Of a DNA stretch of 64,000 nt, positions 13,536 through 27,906 are shown piece by piece; within the stretch, counting starts at the first letter, position 1, and the number at the start of each line of letters is the position of its first letter. Both the position numbers and the translations under genes were made by a program. The notes under the pieces were generated by a model. The model searched no databases and was not told the DNA's origin. It saw only the letters and a program-made list of their open reading frames with translations. The DNA comes from Cycas panzhihuaensis (Eukaryota; Plantae; Cycadophyta): NCBI GenBank assembly GCA_023213395.1, contig CM041465.1, positions 126,425,741-126,489,740 of the forward strand, given 5' to 3'.

Positions 13536-16190
13536 GGTCTTGTGATAATCAATCCCCTCTTGTTATTTAAAACCTCCCGCTATAAGGCGAGCTTTGCGAG
13601 TGTCATACTTTCTAAGGCCTTTTAACATTTATGGGAGGAGGAACATCCATTAATAATTGTTATACCCATTAGGATTTAGTTGAATGCTAGTGGCTTCCAC
13701 CTGAAGTTCATAAACTAAAATTGGATGTAAAGTTATACTTTCTTGAGTTGTTGATGTAGATGCTACTGGAATCGATGAAGGAGCTGGAGTGTAGGAGGAG
13801 GCTAGTTTTGGTGGCTCGACAATTTGTCCAAGAGTCACTTAAGATACAAAACCTACTTCTACTGCTATAATATAAGGTTGAGGTGGAGGTAGGTCCTATA
13901 AATCTTCTATAAATATTATATCCCGTGTTACGTAAACTTGGTTACCAACTATGTCAAACACTTTATAGGCTTTACAACAAAGTACATAGCTAAGGAAGAT
14001 GCATTTCAGGCTCTTGTCATCAAGCTTCTTTTTGTTTTCCTTTGAAATATATTTATATTCCATGCATCCAAAGATCTTCACGAGTACCGGATGGTTTCGA
14101 CCGACTAAACTTCTTCAAGAGTAATATTCCTAACTACAATTCTGGGACTTATGTTGGTTAGATAAGTAGTTATGGTTGTGGCATCAACCTAAGATCTGGT
14201 GGTAAGATTTGCAGGACTAAGCATTGCTTTTCCTTTATTTATCAATGTCTAATTCATTCTTTTGACTACACGATTTTGTTGAGTTGTGTGGGGAGATGGG
14301 AACTGATGTTGGATGCCATGTCCCTTGCCCAAAATGTTGAACTGATTAGAAATATACTCGCCACCATTATCAGATCTAAGGAGCTTGATTATCATTCTAC
14401 TTTTCTTTTCTATGGCAGCTTTGAACTCTTTGAATTTATTTAGGGTTTTATACTTATTTCTTAGGAAATAGACCTACATTTTCCTTGAGATGTCATCTAT
14501 GAATGTGATGAAATGCCAGTTTTTATTGAGTGGTTAGACAGGTATCAACCCGTAAATTTCTGGGTGGACCATCTTTAACGGCGCTGGGGATCTCCATGCG
14601 TTCTTAGAAGGAAAATTTTCTCGTTAGTACTTTTCTATTAGGCAAGCCTGACATATGTTGTTGTCCCTCTTAATTTTATGTAAACCGTGTACGCTTTGGA
14701 GCTTAAACGTGAGGTCCAAGCTTTGCATGTTTAAATGGCTTAGTCATTAAATCCATAGATATACTTTGGAGCTATTTAAGATGACAATTTCCTTTCAATA
14801 TGAGAATTGACCTGGTTCTTATATACAAGGAGACTCTTCATTAATGACTTCATTTACCTTATCAGTTTGAGCTGTGTTGGGAATTGAACAAGCTTTATTT
14901 TATAGAGTAGTTGTAAGGGGGATACCACCAAACCTATATAGGCCACCATCTTCATGTCTTTTGGCCACAGGTTTGCATGTTGCATGATCTGCGATTCTAG
15001 TAATGCCCTAGCTAAAGAGGACATCTAAATTCGGTTTATTTATTTCATTGATAGAGAGCAAGTTCATCTCCATTTCGGGTGCAAGGAATATATTATTGAT
15101 GTGGTGCCTCGTATTGGAGTCCTTCAAAGCTATTGGAGCACTACCGATTTTGGTTATTATCGTAAGTCAAATTATCCCCAAATATGAAAGTTTGAGTATG
15201 GATTGCGCGGGTCTCTTCTAACATTTTTTCTAATCTGATCATATATCTCGTTACAACTGTCTCAAGGAGCCATGCATCCTCATCAAGTTGTGAAGAAACA
15301 GCTGCAAAGAATAGGTTATGGAAGGAGGAATCCTAATTGTCTACCACATTACTTCCCTATTATTTATTATTATGCTGGTTCCTTTAATTTTTGATAGTGA
15401 ATTGCTGCTTATTTTGAGGTCTTTCTCCTTGAGCAGGTCTCAGATTCCAATTGTGTTGGTAGAATTAGCCTTGTGGTTGGAATGATGACCCTTCGTATTA
15501 TTGAATAAGGCCTCTTTATTAGAAATATCAGCCTCCTTGTTACAAAATAAGACCTCGCTATTATGGAAACAAGGCTCTCTGTAGAAGGCACGATCCTTCT
15601 TAGTAATATCCTTGTCTCTATTAAGAGTAACTAAGACCTCCTTGTTAATATGAGGGTGGTTCTTATTAGTAGATTAGGCCTAATCGTTGATAATAAGAGG
15701 TAGCTTATTAGAAGCGAGGCCCATATGATTGGCTCAATTGATTTTACAAGAGTCAAATCAACTTGTCCTCACTTGCATTAACTAAGTGTCTTTTCTAATT
15801 ATAGTAGAGGCAACTGACATTTGGTCTCACCTATTAATTCTTTTAAAGTTGTGCATATGGATGGTATTGAGATTGCTGATGCCAATGAGTTAAACGGGAG
15901 GATGAGGTGTTAATTGGTTATTACTTCTCTTAGGTTGGATGTTGATATGGCTCTTGGGATGTGGTCAGAGAATCCAATTGTTGAGTTAGATCTTGGTGTT
16001 GACTAAGCTGTTGAGTTGATCTATTGATAGTCTTACGCTTTTATGAGTTATGGGTTGTAAAGGTAGGAGCGGGGTTAGATATACATGTCGCCCTAAGTCA
16101 GTTGAGTATATTCTCCTCTTATAACAAGAGTTCCTCATAGGTCGTGAAGTCTATTTTGGAATAATTACCATGTAATTCGGAAACAAAGGA
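13536..16190 (-). mobile_element. Degenerate copia fragment (monomer copy, RT end truncated by the junction)
   Basis: Collinear with 4418-7065; ORF 13896-14081. Confidence 0.88.
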
Positions 16191-18273
16191 GTTATATTAT
16201 ATAGATAGGATGTCAGTGATGCTAGAGATTAAATCATGGTTTAAAAGTAGTTCATTAAGGATTATAAGTTAGTTCCTAGTTATTTTGACTTTAATCAAGT
16301 GGCGTGCAACACTGCCAAAAAAGGTATACCTTTATTAAAACTTTATGAACTTAAAGAAGATAAGTTATGAAAATAAGATTAATTTTAGATTCACGTATTT
16401 ATTATAGGGTGTACCCTATGCTTGGCACAAATAATTACACCCAACTAAGACATGGGAGAATATTATGAAGTAATTTAAGGAGATATTGTAAAAGTTTTTA
16501 AGTAATGAGGTAGTGGAGTTATCTCTCAAGGAAATGAGATAAAGGCTAGTAGAATTACTATTAATACGTATATAAAAAATAAATATTAAAGTTGTAAGTA
16601 TTATGAATGGAGAAAAAATCATGGATTATAATAAGAGAAACTATTTTATAAATGGGCTAAATTCTAAAGTAAGGGCCACAATGGTGACTCATTCCTTGAA
16701 ATGCTTCTATTTCACACATGAGTTGGTATGCAACCATAAACCTTATTATTTAGATCACGAGACAAAATGTAATAATTAATAAGCCAAAATATAAATAAAC
16801 CTTGCTATTAAGTAACAAAAGTAAAGGAGACCTCAAAAGTAGAAGCCTTTAAAAAGGAAGTCATAAGCTTAAAGTTATAAAGAAGGAAACCTCAACTTAC
16901 TAAGGAGAAGAAGAACAAAAAAATATAGGGGTAACGAACCGTAATTGAAGAAGTGGTGTCACATTTGTGATAATAATTCATATTCTGGTAAAAAATGTGA
17001 CCTTCATGAGAGGAATAATATGGTAAAAAAGTAAAGTATATGGTGTTATATTTGTGATTTGGATAACCATAAAATGAATAAACACTATTTTAATATATGT
17101 AAAATAAACTAATACGGTACAAGTTATGGAAGAAGGAACAACTTAACCATGATGCAATATACTAATGAAGCAGGAAGGCATGTGAAAAAGTAATAATGCA
17201 TGAAGAGAGAGTAAAGGAAATGTACTAAACTAACTAAAATAATAGAGATAAAATTAATCTATCCTCATAGAAAATACCTATAGAGAGATCAAACATCACG
17301 TAATAAGAAGGCTGTCAAAATCTAAGAGGCCCACTAGAGCATATATGCCCAAACTATTGAGAAAAGTATGTGCTTGGCCTATTGTAGATACCCTTTATAA
17401 AGAAGAATGTCCTATCCTAACCTAGACTCTTAAATATACCTAAAACACTAGACTCAATCTTAAAATATGAGAAGGGACTAACTAGAGCAAGAGGCCTAAA
17501 GGAGTTAAGACCATAGGATCCATATGATCATTAGGTAGGTTCTTGGAAAATTATCAATAGTAGTGACTCATCTCACATAAGTTTGAGATAGGCTAATAGT
17601 ACATGCATTTAACTCCAACTAGCATCAAGCTCTAATAGGTAAAATAAAAAGAGGCCACTGCTCTCAATAAGATGCATAGAGTTCACTCAGTTGTTGAGGC
17701 CACACATATAAACGCATAGTGAGGGTAGATGCCCACCATTAGGCCAATCAGAATATGAATCACATAAGGCCAAAAGATCACCTCTCTCATCTAATGGTTA
17801 AATCTAGGTTCAAAGAAAGTGATCTACCTTATTTGTAAAAGAATAAGTACTTTGAGATATTATGTATCTTGATGTATTTTATATGCAAGAAGATAATTTA
17901 TATCTTCTTGTTGTTTAGGAGATTAAAGTCAAATAATTATTGTTGAACTAATTTCTAGGTGTGATGTTGATGTACTCTAAAGTAAATAAATAGGAATTCA
18001 TTATTTTGAATCAAATAAGAAAACCAATGACAAAAAAGAGTTAAATTTAAGAATCGAAATGTTTACTAGACGAATAAAGAGCGAAGAAGTCGCTTTTCTT
18101 TCATTGTGTTTGGACGTTACTAATATTGACAACACAATGTAGATGATGCACTATCAAGAGCGAATGATTCCCAGGGATTACATCTACCTTCATTTTAGTT
18201 TGTAGAAATGGTGCTTCAAAGCTTCCTTAGTAGAAAGATCGTTCCTTGGGTCAAACTTCAACAAACCTCAAGA

Positions 18274-19396
18274 TGGGGTGTTGTTTGAAGAAAACGCCTT
18301 CTTTAAGGTCTCGTTGAGGAAAGTACCCTTCACATCCGCTTGCTAAATATGTCGATTAAATTAGATTGCTAAGGACATAACCAAATGGAATGTGATCACA
18401 TTACATCTTGGTGCAAAGGTCTTATTATAATCAATCCCCTCTTGTTATTTAAAAGCCCTTGTTATAAGGCGAGCTTTGCGAGTGTCATACTTTGTAAGGC
18501 CTTGTAGCAGTTATGGGAGGAGGAACATCCATTAATAATTGTTATACCCATTAGGATTTAGTTGAATGCTAGTGGCTTCCACCTGAAGTTCATCAACTAA
18601 AATTGGAGGTAAAGTTATACTTTCTTGAGTTGTTGATGTAGATGCTACTGGAATCGATGAAGGAGCTGGACTATAGGAGGAGACTAGTTTTGATGGCTCC
18701 ACAATTTGTCCAAGAGTCACTTAAGATACATAAACTACTTCTACTACTATAATATAAGGTTGAGGTGAAGGTAGGTCCTATGAATCTTCTATAAATATTA
18801 TATCCCGTGTTGCGTAAACTTGGTTACCAACTATGTCAAACACTTTATAGGCTTTACAACCAAGTACATAGCTAAAGAAGATGCATTTTAGGCTCTTGTC
18901 ATCAAGCTTCTTTTCATTTTCCTTTGAAATATATTTATATTCCATGCATCCAAAGATTTGCACGAGTACTATCGATGGTTTCTGACCTGACCAAACTTCT
19001 TCAAGAGTAATATTCCTAACTGCAATTCTAGGACTTATGTTGGTTAGGTAAGTAGTTATGGTTGTGGCATCAACCCAAGATCTGGTGGTAAGATTTGCAA
19101 CACTAAGCATGGCTTCTCCTTTATTTATCAATGTCTAATTCATTCTTTTGACTACACCATTTTGTTGAGGTGTGTGAGGAGTTGGGAACTGATGTTGGAT
19201 GCCATGTTCTTTGCCCAAAATGTTGAACTGATTAGAACTATACTCTAAGCCACCATTATCAGATTTAAGGAGCTTGATTATCATTCTACTTTTCTTTTTT
19301 ATGGCAGCTTTGAACTCTTTGAATTTATTTAGGGTTTTATACTTTTTCTCAGGAGATAGACCTACATTTTCCTTGAGAAGTCATCTATGAATGTGA
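18274..19396 (-). mobile_element. Truncated copia IN-RT fragment
   Basis: ORF 18778-19131; the copy breaks at 19396. Confidence 0.88.
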
Positions 19397-20131
19397 AAAT
19401 TATCAATAGTAGTGACTCATCTCACATAAGTTTGAGATAGGCTAATAGTACATGCATTTAACTCCAACTAGCATCAAGCTCTAATAGGTAAAATAAAAAG
19501 AGGCCACCGCTCAATAAGATGCATAGAGTTCACTCTTGTTGAGGCCACACATATAAACGCATAGTGAGGGTAGATGCCCACCATTAGGCCAATCGTAATA
19601 TGAATCAAGACTCTTCTCACATAAGGCCAAAAGATCACCTCTCTCATCTAATGGTTAAATCTAGGTTCAAAGAAAGTGATCTACCTTATTTGTAAAAGAA
19701 TAAGTACTTTGAGATATTATGTATCTTGATGTATTTTGTATATGCAAGAAGATAATTTATATCTTCTTGTTGTTTAGGAGATTAAAGTCAAATAATTATT
19801 GTTGAACTAATTTCTAGGTGTGATGTTGATGTACTCTAAAGTAAATAAATAGGAATTCATTATTTTGAATCAAATAAGAAAACCAATGACAAAAAAGAGT
19901 TAAATTTAAGAATCGAAATGTTTACTAGACGAATAAAGAGCGTAGCAGCTGCTTTCTTTCATTGTGTTTGGACGTTACTAATATTGACAACACAATGTAG
20001 ATGATGCACTATCAAGAGCGAATGATTCCCAGGGATTACATCTACCTTCATTTTAGTTTGTAGAAATGGTGCTTCAAAGCTTCCTTAGTAGAAAGACGTT
20101 CCCTTGGGTCAAACTTCAACAAACCTCGAAG

Positions 20132-22935
20132 AAGGGGTGTTGTTTGAAGAAAACGTCTTCTTTAAGGTCTCTATTGAGGAAAGTACCCTTCACATCTATT
20201 TGCTAAATATGTCGATTAAATTAGATTGCTAAGGACATAACCAAATGGAATGTGATCACATTGGCTATCGGTGCAAAGGTCTTATCATAATCAATCCCCT
20301 CTTGTTATTTAAAAGCTCTTGTTATAAGGCGAGCTTTGTGAGTGTCATACTTTGTAAGGCCTTTTAGCAGTTATGGGAGGAGGAACATCCATTAATAATT
20401 GTTATACCCATTAGGATTTAGTTGAATGCTAGTGGCTTCCACCTGAAGTTCATCAACTAAAATTGGAGGTAAAGTTATACTTTCTTGAGTTGTTGATGTA
20501 GATGCTATTGGAATCGATGAAGGAGCTGGACTGTAGGAGGAGACTAGTTTTGATGGCTCCACAATTTGTCCAAGAGTCACTTAAGATACATAAACTACTT
20601 CTACTACTATAATATAAGGTTGAGGTGAAGGTAGGTCCTATGAATCTTCTATAAATATTATATCCCGTGGTTATGTAAACTTGGTTACCAACTATGTCAA
20701 ACACTTTATAGGCTTTACAACCAAGTACATAGCTAAAGAAGATGCATTTTAGGCTCTTGTCATCAAGCTTCTTTTCATTTTCCTTTGAAATATATTTATA
20801 TTCCATGCATCCAAAGATTTGCACGAGTACTATCGATGGTTTCTGACCTGACCAAACTTCTTCAAGAGTAATATTCCTAACTGCAATTCTAGGACTTATG
20901 TTGGTTAGGTAAGTAGTTATGGTTGTGGCATCAACCCAAGATCTGGTGGTAAGATTTGCAACACTAAGCATGGCTTCTCCTTTATTTATCAATGTCTAAT
21001 TCATTCGTTTGGCTACACCATTTTGTTGAGGTGTGTGAGGAGTTGGGAACTGATGTTGGATGCCATGTTCTCTGCCCAAAATGTTGAACTGATTAGAACT
21101 ATACTCTAAGCCACCATTATCAGATTTAAGGAGCTTGATTATCATTCTACTTTTCTTTTTTATGGCAGCTTTGAACTCTTTGAATTTATTTAGGGTTTTA
21201 TACTTTTTTCTCAGGAGATAGACCTACATTTTCCTTGAGAAGTCATCTATGAATGTGATGAAATGCCAGCTTTTATTGAGTGGTTAGACAGGTACCGATC
21301 CGCGAATTTCTGGGTGGACCGTCTCTAACGGCGCTGAGGATCTCCATGCGTTCTTAGAAGGAAAAATTTCCCCTCTAGTGCTTTTCTATTAGGCAAGCCT
21401 CACATATGTTGTTGTACCTCTTAATTTTATGTAAACCATGTACCATTTGGAGCTTAAACATGAGGTCCAAGCTTTGCATGTTTAAATGACTTAGGCATTA
21501 ATTCCATAGGTGTACTTTGGAGCTATTTGAGATGATAATTTCCTTTCAATATGAGAATTCACCTGGTTCTTATATACAGGGGGACTCTTCATTAATGACT
21601 TCATTTACCTTATCAATTTGAGCTATGTTGGGAATTGAACAAGCTTCATTTTATGGAGTAGTTGTAAGGGGGATACCACCCAACCTATATAGGCCACCAT
21701 CTTCATATCTTATGGCCACAAGCTTGCACGTTGCATGATCTGCGATTCTACTAATGCCCTAGACAAAGAGGACATCTAAATTCTGTTTGTTTATTTCATT
21801 GATATAGGGCAAGTTCATCTCCATTTCCGGTGCAAGGAATATATTATTGATGTGGTGCCTCATATTGGAGTCCTTCAAAGCTATTGGAGCCCTACCAATT
21901 TTGGTATTATTGTAAGTCAAATTATCCCCAAATGTGATGGTTTAAGTATCGATCATGGTCTCTTCTAATATTTTTTCTAATCCGATCATATATCTCGTTG
22001 CACCTGACTCAAGGAGCCATGCATCCTCATCAAGTTGTGAAGAAAGAGCTGCAAAGAATAGGTGATGGAAGGAGGAATCCTAATTGTCTACCACATTACT
22101 TCCCTACTATTTATTATTATGCTGGTTTCTTTAATTTTTGATAATGAATTGTAGCTTATTTTGAGGTCTTTCTCCTTGAGCAGGTCTCAGATTCCAATTG
22201 TGTTGGTAGAATTGGCCTTGTGGTTGGAATGATGACCCTTCTTATTGTTGAATAAGGCCTCTTTATTGGAAATATAGGCCTCCTTGTTACAAAATAAGAC
22301 CTTGCTATTATGGAAACGGGGCTCTTTGTAGAAGGCACGATCCTCCTTAGTAATATCCTTGTCTCTATTAAGAGAAACTAGGACCTCCTTGTTGATATGA
22401 GGGTGGTCCTTATTAGTAGATTAGGCCTAATCCTTGATAATAAGAGGTAGCTTATTAGAAGCGAGGCCTATATGATTGGCTCAATTGATTTTACAAGAGT
22501 TGTGAATCAACTTGTCCTCACTTGCATTAACAGAAGTGCCTTTTTTTATCATAGTAGAGGCAACTGACATCTGGTCTAACCTATTAATTCTTTTAAAGTT
22601 GTGCATATGGCTGGTATTGAGACTGCTGATGCCAATGAGTTAGGCGGGAGGAGGAGGTGTTAATTGGTTATTACTTCTCTTAGGTTGGTTGTTGATATGG
22701 CTCTTGGGATATGGTCAGAGAATCCAAGTGTTGAGTTAGATCTTGGTGTTGACTAAGCTGTTGAGTTGATCTATTAATAGTCTTACGCTTTTATGAGTTA
22801 TGGGCTGTAAAGGTAGGAGCGGGGTTAGATATACATGTCGCCCCAAGTCAGTCAGTTGAGTATATTCTCCTCTTATAACAAGAGTTCCTCACAGGTCGTG
22901 AAGTCTATTTTGGAATAATTACCATTTAATTTGGA
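20132..22935 (-). mobile_element. Degenerate copia fragment (monomer copy)
   Basis: Collinear copy; ORF 20453-20992. Confidence 0.88.
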
Positions 22936-24994
22936 AACAAAGGAGTTATATTCTATAGAGATTAAATCATGGTTTGAAAGTGGCTCGTTAAGGATTATAG
23001 GTTAGTTCGATTATTTTGACTTTAATCAAGTGGTGTGCAACGCTGCCAAAAAACGTATACCTTTATCAAAACGTTATGAACTTAAAGAAGATAAGTCATG
23101 AAAATAAGATTAATTTTAGATTCACCTATTCATTATAGGGTGTACCCTATGCTTGGCACAAATAATTATACCCAACCAAGACATGGGAGAATATTATGAA
23201 GTAATTTAAGGAGATATTGTAAAAGTTTTTAAGTAATGAGGTAGTGGAGTTATCTCTCAAGGAAATGAGATAAAGGCTAGTAGAATTACTTTTAATACGT
23301 GTATGAAAAATAAATATTAAAATTGTAAGTATTATGAATGGAGAAAAAATCATGGATTATAAGAAGAGAAACTATTTTACAAATGGGCTAAATTCTATTT
23401 CACACATGAGTTGGTATTACACTTTGAGAAAGAGATGGGCATTTAAAAGGGCAGCCATAAACCTTATTATTTAGATCACAAGATAAAATGTAATAATTAA
23501 GAAGCCAAAATATAAATAAACCTTGCTATTAAGTAACAAAAATAAAGGAGACCTCAAAAGTAGAAGCCTTTAAAAAGGAAGTCACAAGATTAAAGTTATA
23601 AAGAAAGAAACCTAAACTTACTAAGGAGAAGAAGAACAAAAAAATATAGGGGTAACGAACTGTAATTAAAGAAGTGGTGTAACATTTGTGATAATAATTC
23701 ATATTCTAGTAAAAAATGTGACCTAAATGAGAGGAATAATATGGTAAAAAAGTAAAGTACATGGTGTTATATTTGTGATATGGATAACCACTATTTTAAT
23801 ATATGTAAAACAAACCAATACGGTATAAGTTATGGAAGAAGGAACGACTTAACCATGATGCAATATACTAATGGCGCAAGAAGGCATGTGAAAAAATAAT
23901 AATGCATGAAGAGAGAGTAAAGGAAATGTACTAAACTAACTAAAATAATAGAGATAAAATTGATCTATCCTCATAGAAAATACCTATAGAGAGATCAAAC
24001 ATCACCTAATAAGAAGGCTGTCAAAATCTAAGAGGTCCACTAGAGCATATATGCCTAAACTATTGAGAAAAGTATGTGCTTGGCCTATTGCAGATACCCT
24101 TTATAAAGGAGAATATCCTATCCTAACCCAGACTCTTAAATATACCTAAAACACTAGACTCAATCTTAAAATATGAGAAGGGACTAACTAGAGTAAGAGG
24201 CCTAAAGGAGTTAAGACCACAGGATCCACATGATCATTAGGTAGGTTCTTGGAAAATTATCAATAGTAGTGACTCATCTCACATAAGTTTGAGATAGGCT
24301 AATAGTACATGCATTTAACTCCAACTAGCATCAAGCTCTAATAGGTAAAATAAAATTAGGCCACTGCTCTCAATAAGATGCATAGAGTTCACTCAGTTGT
24401 TGAGGCCATACATATAAACGCATAGTGAGGGTAGATGCCCACCATTAGGCCAATCAGAATATGAATCATAAGACTCTTCTCACACAAGGCCAAAAGATCA
24501 CCTCTCTCATCTAATGGTTAAATCTAGGTTCAAAGAAAGTGATCTACCTTATTTATAAAAGAATAAGTACTTTGAGATATTATGTATCTTGATGTATTTT
24601 GTATATGCAAGAAGATAATTTATATCTTCTTGTTGTTTAGGAGATTAAAGTCAAATAATTATTGTTGAACTAATTTCTAGGTGTGATGTTGATGTACTCT
24701 AAAGTAAATAAATAGGAATTCATTATTTTGAATCAAATAAGAAAACCAATGACAAAAAAGAGTTAAATTTAAGAATCGAAATGTTTACTAGACGAATAAA
24801 GAGCGTAGAAGCTGTTTTCTTTCATTGTGTTTGGACGTTACTAATATTGACAACACAATGTAGATGATGCACTATCAAGAGCGAATGATTCCCAGGGATT
24901 ACATCTACCTTGATTTTAGTTTGTAGAAATGGTGCTTTAAAGCTTCCTTAGCAGAAAGACGTTCCCTTGGGTCAAACTTCAACAAACCTCGAAG

Positions 24995-27800
24995 ATGGGG
25001 TGTTGTTTGAAGAAAACGTCTTCTTTAAGGTCTCTATTGAGGAAAGTACCCTTCATATCTGTTTGCTAAATATGTCGATTAAATTAGATTGCTAAGGATA
25101 TAACAAAATGGAATGTGATCACATTGGCTACCGGTGCAAAGGTCTTATCATAATCAATCCCCTCTTGTTATTTAAAAGCTCTTGTTATAAGGCGAGCTTT
25201 GCGAGTGTCATACTTTGTAAGGCCTTTTAGCAGTTATGGGAGGAGGAACATCCATTAATAATTGTTATACCCATTAGGATTTAGTTGAATGCTAGTGGCT
25301 TCCACCTGAAGTTCATCAACTAAAATTGGAGGTAAAGTTATACTTTCTTGAGTTGTTGATGTAGATGCTACTGGAATCGATGAAGGAGCTAGACTGTAGG
25401 AGGAGACTAGTTTTGATGGCTCCACAATTTGTCCAAGAGTCACTTAAGATACATAAACTACTTCTACTACTATAATATAAGGTTGAGGTGAAGGTAGGTC
25501 CTATGAATCTTCTATAAATATTATATCCCGTGTTGCGTAAACTTGGTTACCAACTATGTCAAACACTTTATAGGCTTTACAACCAAGTACATAGCTAAAG
25601 AAGATGCATTTTAGGCTCTTGTCATCAAGCTTCTTTTCATTTTCCTTTGAAATATATTTATATTCCATGCATCCAAAGATTTGCACGAGTACTATCGATG
25701 GTTTCTGACCTGACCAAACTTCTTCAAGAGTAATATTCCTAACTGCAATTCTAGGACTTATGTTGGTTAGGTAAGTAGTTATGGTTGTGGCATCAACCCA
25801 AGATCTGGTGGTAAGATTTGCAACACTAAGCATGGCTTCTCCTTTATTTATCAATGTCTAATTCATTCTTTTGACTACACCATTTTGTTGAGGTGTGTGA
25901 GGAGTTGGGAACTGATGTTGGATGCCATGTTCTTTGCCCAAAATGTTGAACTGATTAGAACTATACTCTAAGCCACCATTATCAGATCTAAGGAGCTTGA
26001 TTATCATTCTACTTTTCTTTTTTATGGCAGCTTTGAACTCTTTGAATTTATTTAGGGTTTTATACTTATTTCTCAGGAGATAGACCTACATTTTCCTTGA
26101 GAAGTCATCTATGAATGTGATGAAATGCCAGCTTTTATTGAGTGGTTAGACAGGTACCGATCCGCGAATTTCTGGGTGGACCATCTCTAACGGCGCTGAG
26201 GATCTCCATGCATTCTTAGAAGGAAAAATTTCTCGTTAGTGCTTTTCTATTAGGCAAGCCTCACATATGTTGTTGTACCTCTTAATTTTATGTAAACCAT
26301 GTACCATTTGGAGCTTAAACATGAGGTCCAAGCTTTGCATGTTTAAATGACTTAGGCATTAATTCCATAGGTATACTTTGGAGCTATTTGAGATGATAAT
26401 TTCCTTTCAATATGAGAATTCACCTGGTTCTTATATACAGGGGGACTCTTCATTAATGACTTCATTTACCTTATCAATTTGAGCTGTGTTGGGAATTGAA
26501 CAAGCTTCATTTTATGGAGTAGTTGTAAGGGGGATACCGCCCAACCTATATAGGCCACCATCTTCATATCTTATGGCCACAAGCTTGCACGTTGCATGAT
26601 CTGCGATTCTACTAATGCCCTAGACAAAGAGGACATCTAAATTCTGTTTGTTTATTTCATTGATATAGGGCAAGTTCATCTCCATTTCCGGTGCAAGGAA
26701 TATATTATTGATGTGGTGCCTCATATTGGAGTCCTTCAAAGCTATTGGAGCCCTACCAATTTTGGTATTATCGTAAGTCAAATTATCCCCAAATGTGATA
26801 GTTTAAGTATCGACTGGGCGGGTCTCTTCTAACATTTTTTCTAATCCGATCATATATCTCGTTGCACCTGACTCAAGGAGCCATGCATCCTCATCAAGTT
26901 GTGAAGAAAGAGCTGCAAAGAATAGGTGATGGAAGGAGGAATCCTAATTGTCTACCACATTACTTCCCTATTATTTATTATTATGCTGGTTTCTTTAATT
27001 TTTGATAGTGAATTGTAGCTTATTTTGAGGTCTTTCTCCTTGAGCAGGTCTCAGATTCCAATTGTGTTGGTAGAATTGGCCTTGTGGTTGGAATGATGAC
27101 CCTTCTTATTGTTGAATAAGGCCTCTTTATTGGAAATATAGGCCTCCTTGTTACAAAATAAGACCTCGCTATTATGGAAACGGCACTCTTTGTAGAAGGC
27201 ACGATCCTCCTTAGTAATATCCTTGCCCCTATTAAGAGTAACTAGGACCTCCTTGTTGATATGAGGGTGGTCCTTATTAGTAGATTAGGCCTAATCGTTG
27301 ATAATAAGAGGTAGCTTATTAGAAGCGAGGCCTATATGATTGGCTCAATTGATTTTACAAGAGTTGTGAATCAACTTGTCCTCACTTGCATTAACAGAAG
27401 TGTCTTTTTTTATCATAGTAGAGGCAACTGACATCTGGTCTAACCTATTAATTCTTTTAAAGTTGTGCATATGGCTGGTATTGAGACTGTCGATGCCAAT
27501 GAGTTAGACGGGAGGAGGAGGTGTTAATTGGTTATTACTTCTCTTAGGTTGGTTGTTGATATGGCTCTTGGGATATGGTCAGAGAATCTAAGTGTTGAGT
27601 TAGATCTTGGTGTTGACTAAGTTGTTGAGTTGATCTATTGATAGTCTTACGCTTTTCTGAGTTATGGGCTGTAAAGGTAGGAGCGGGGTTAGATATACAT
27701 GTCGCCCCAAGTCAGTCAGTTGAGTATATTCTCCCCTTATAACAAGAGTTCCTAGCAGGTTGTGAAGTCTATTTTGGAATAATTACCATCTAATTTGGAA
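24995..27800 (-). mobile_element. Degenerate copia fragment (monomer copy)
   Basis: One indel-free frame over 27720-26821 carries knuckle CLYYDKKRHFC*C, a Q/G-rich repeat and protease WLLESGATRYM. Integrase ORF 25501-25854. Confidence 0.9.
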
Positions 27801-27906
27801 ACAAAGGAGTTATATTCTATAGGTAGGATGTCAATGATGCTAGAGATTAAATCATGGTTTGAAAGTGGTTCATTAAGGATTATAAGTTAGTTCCTAGTTA
27901 TTTTGA

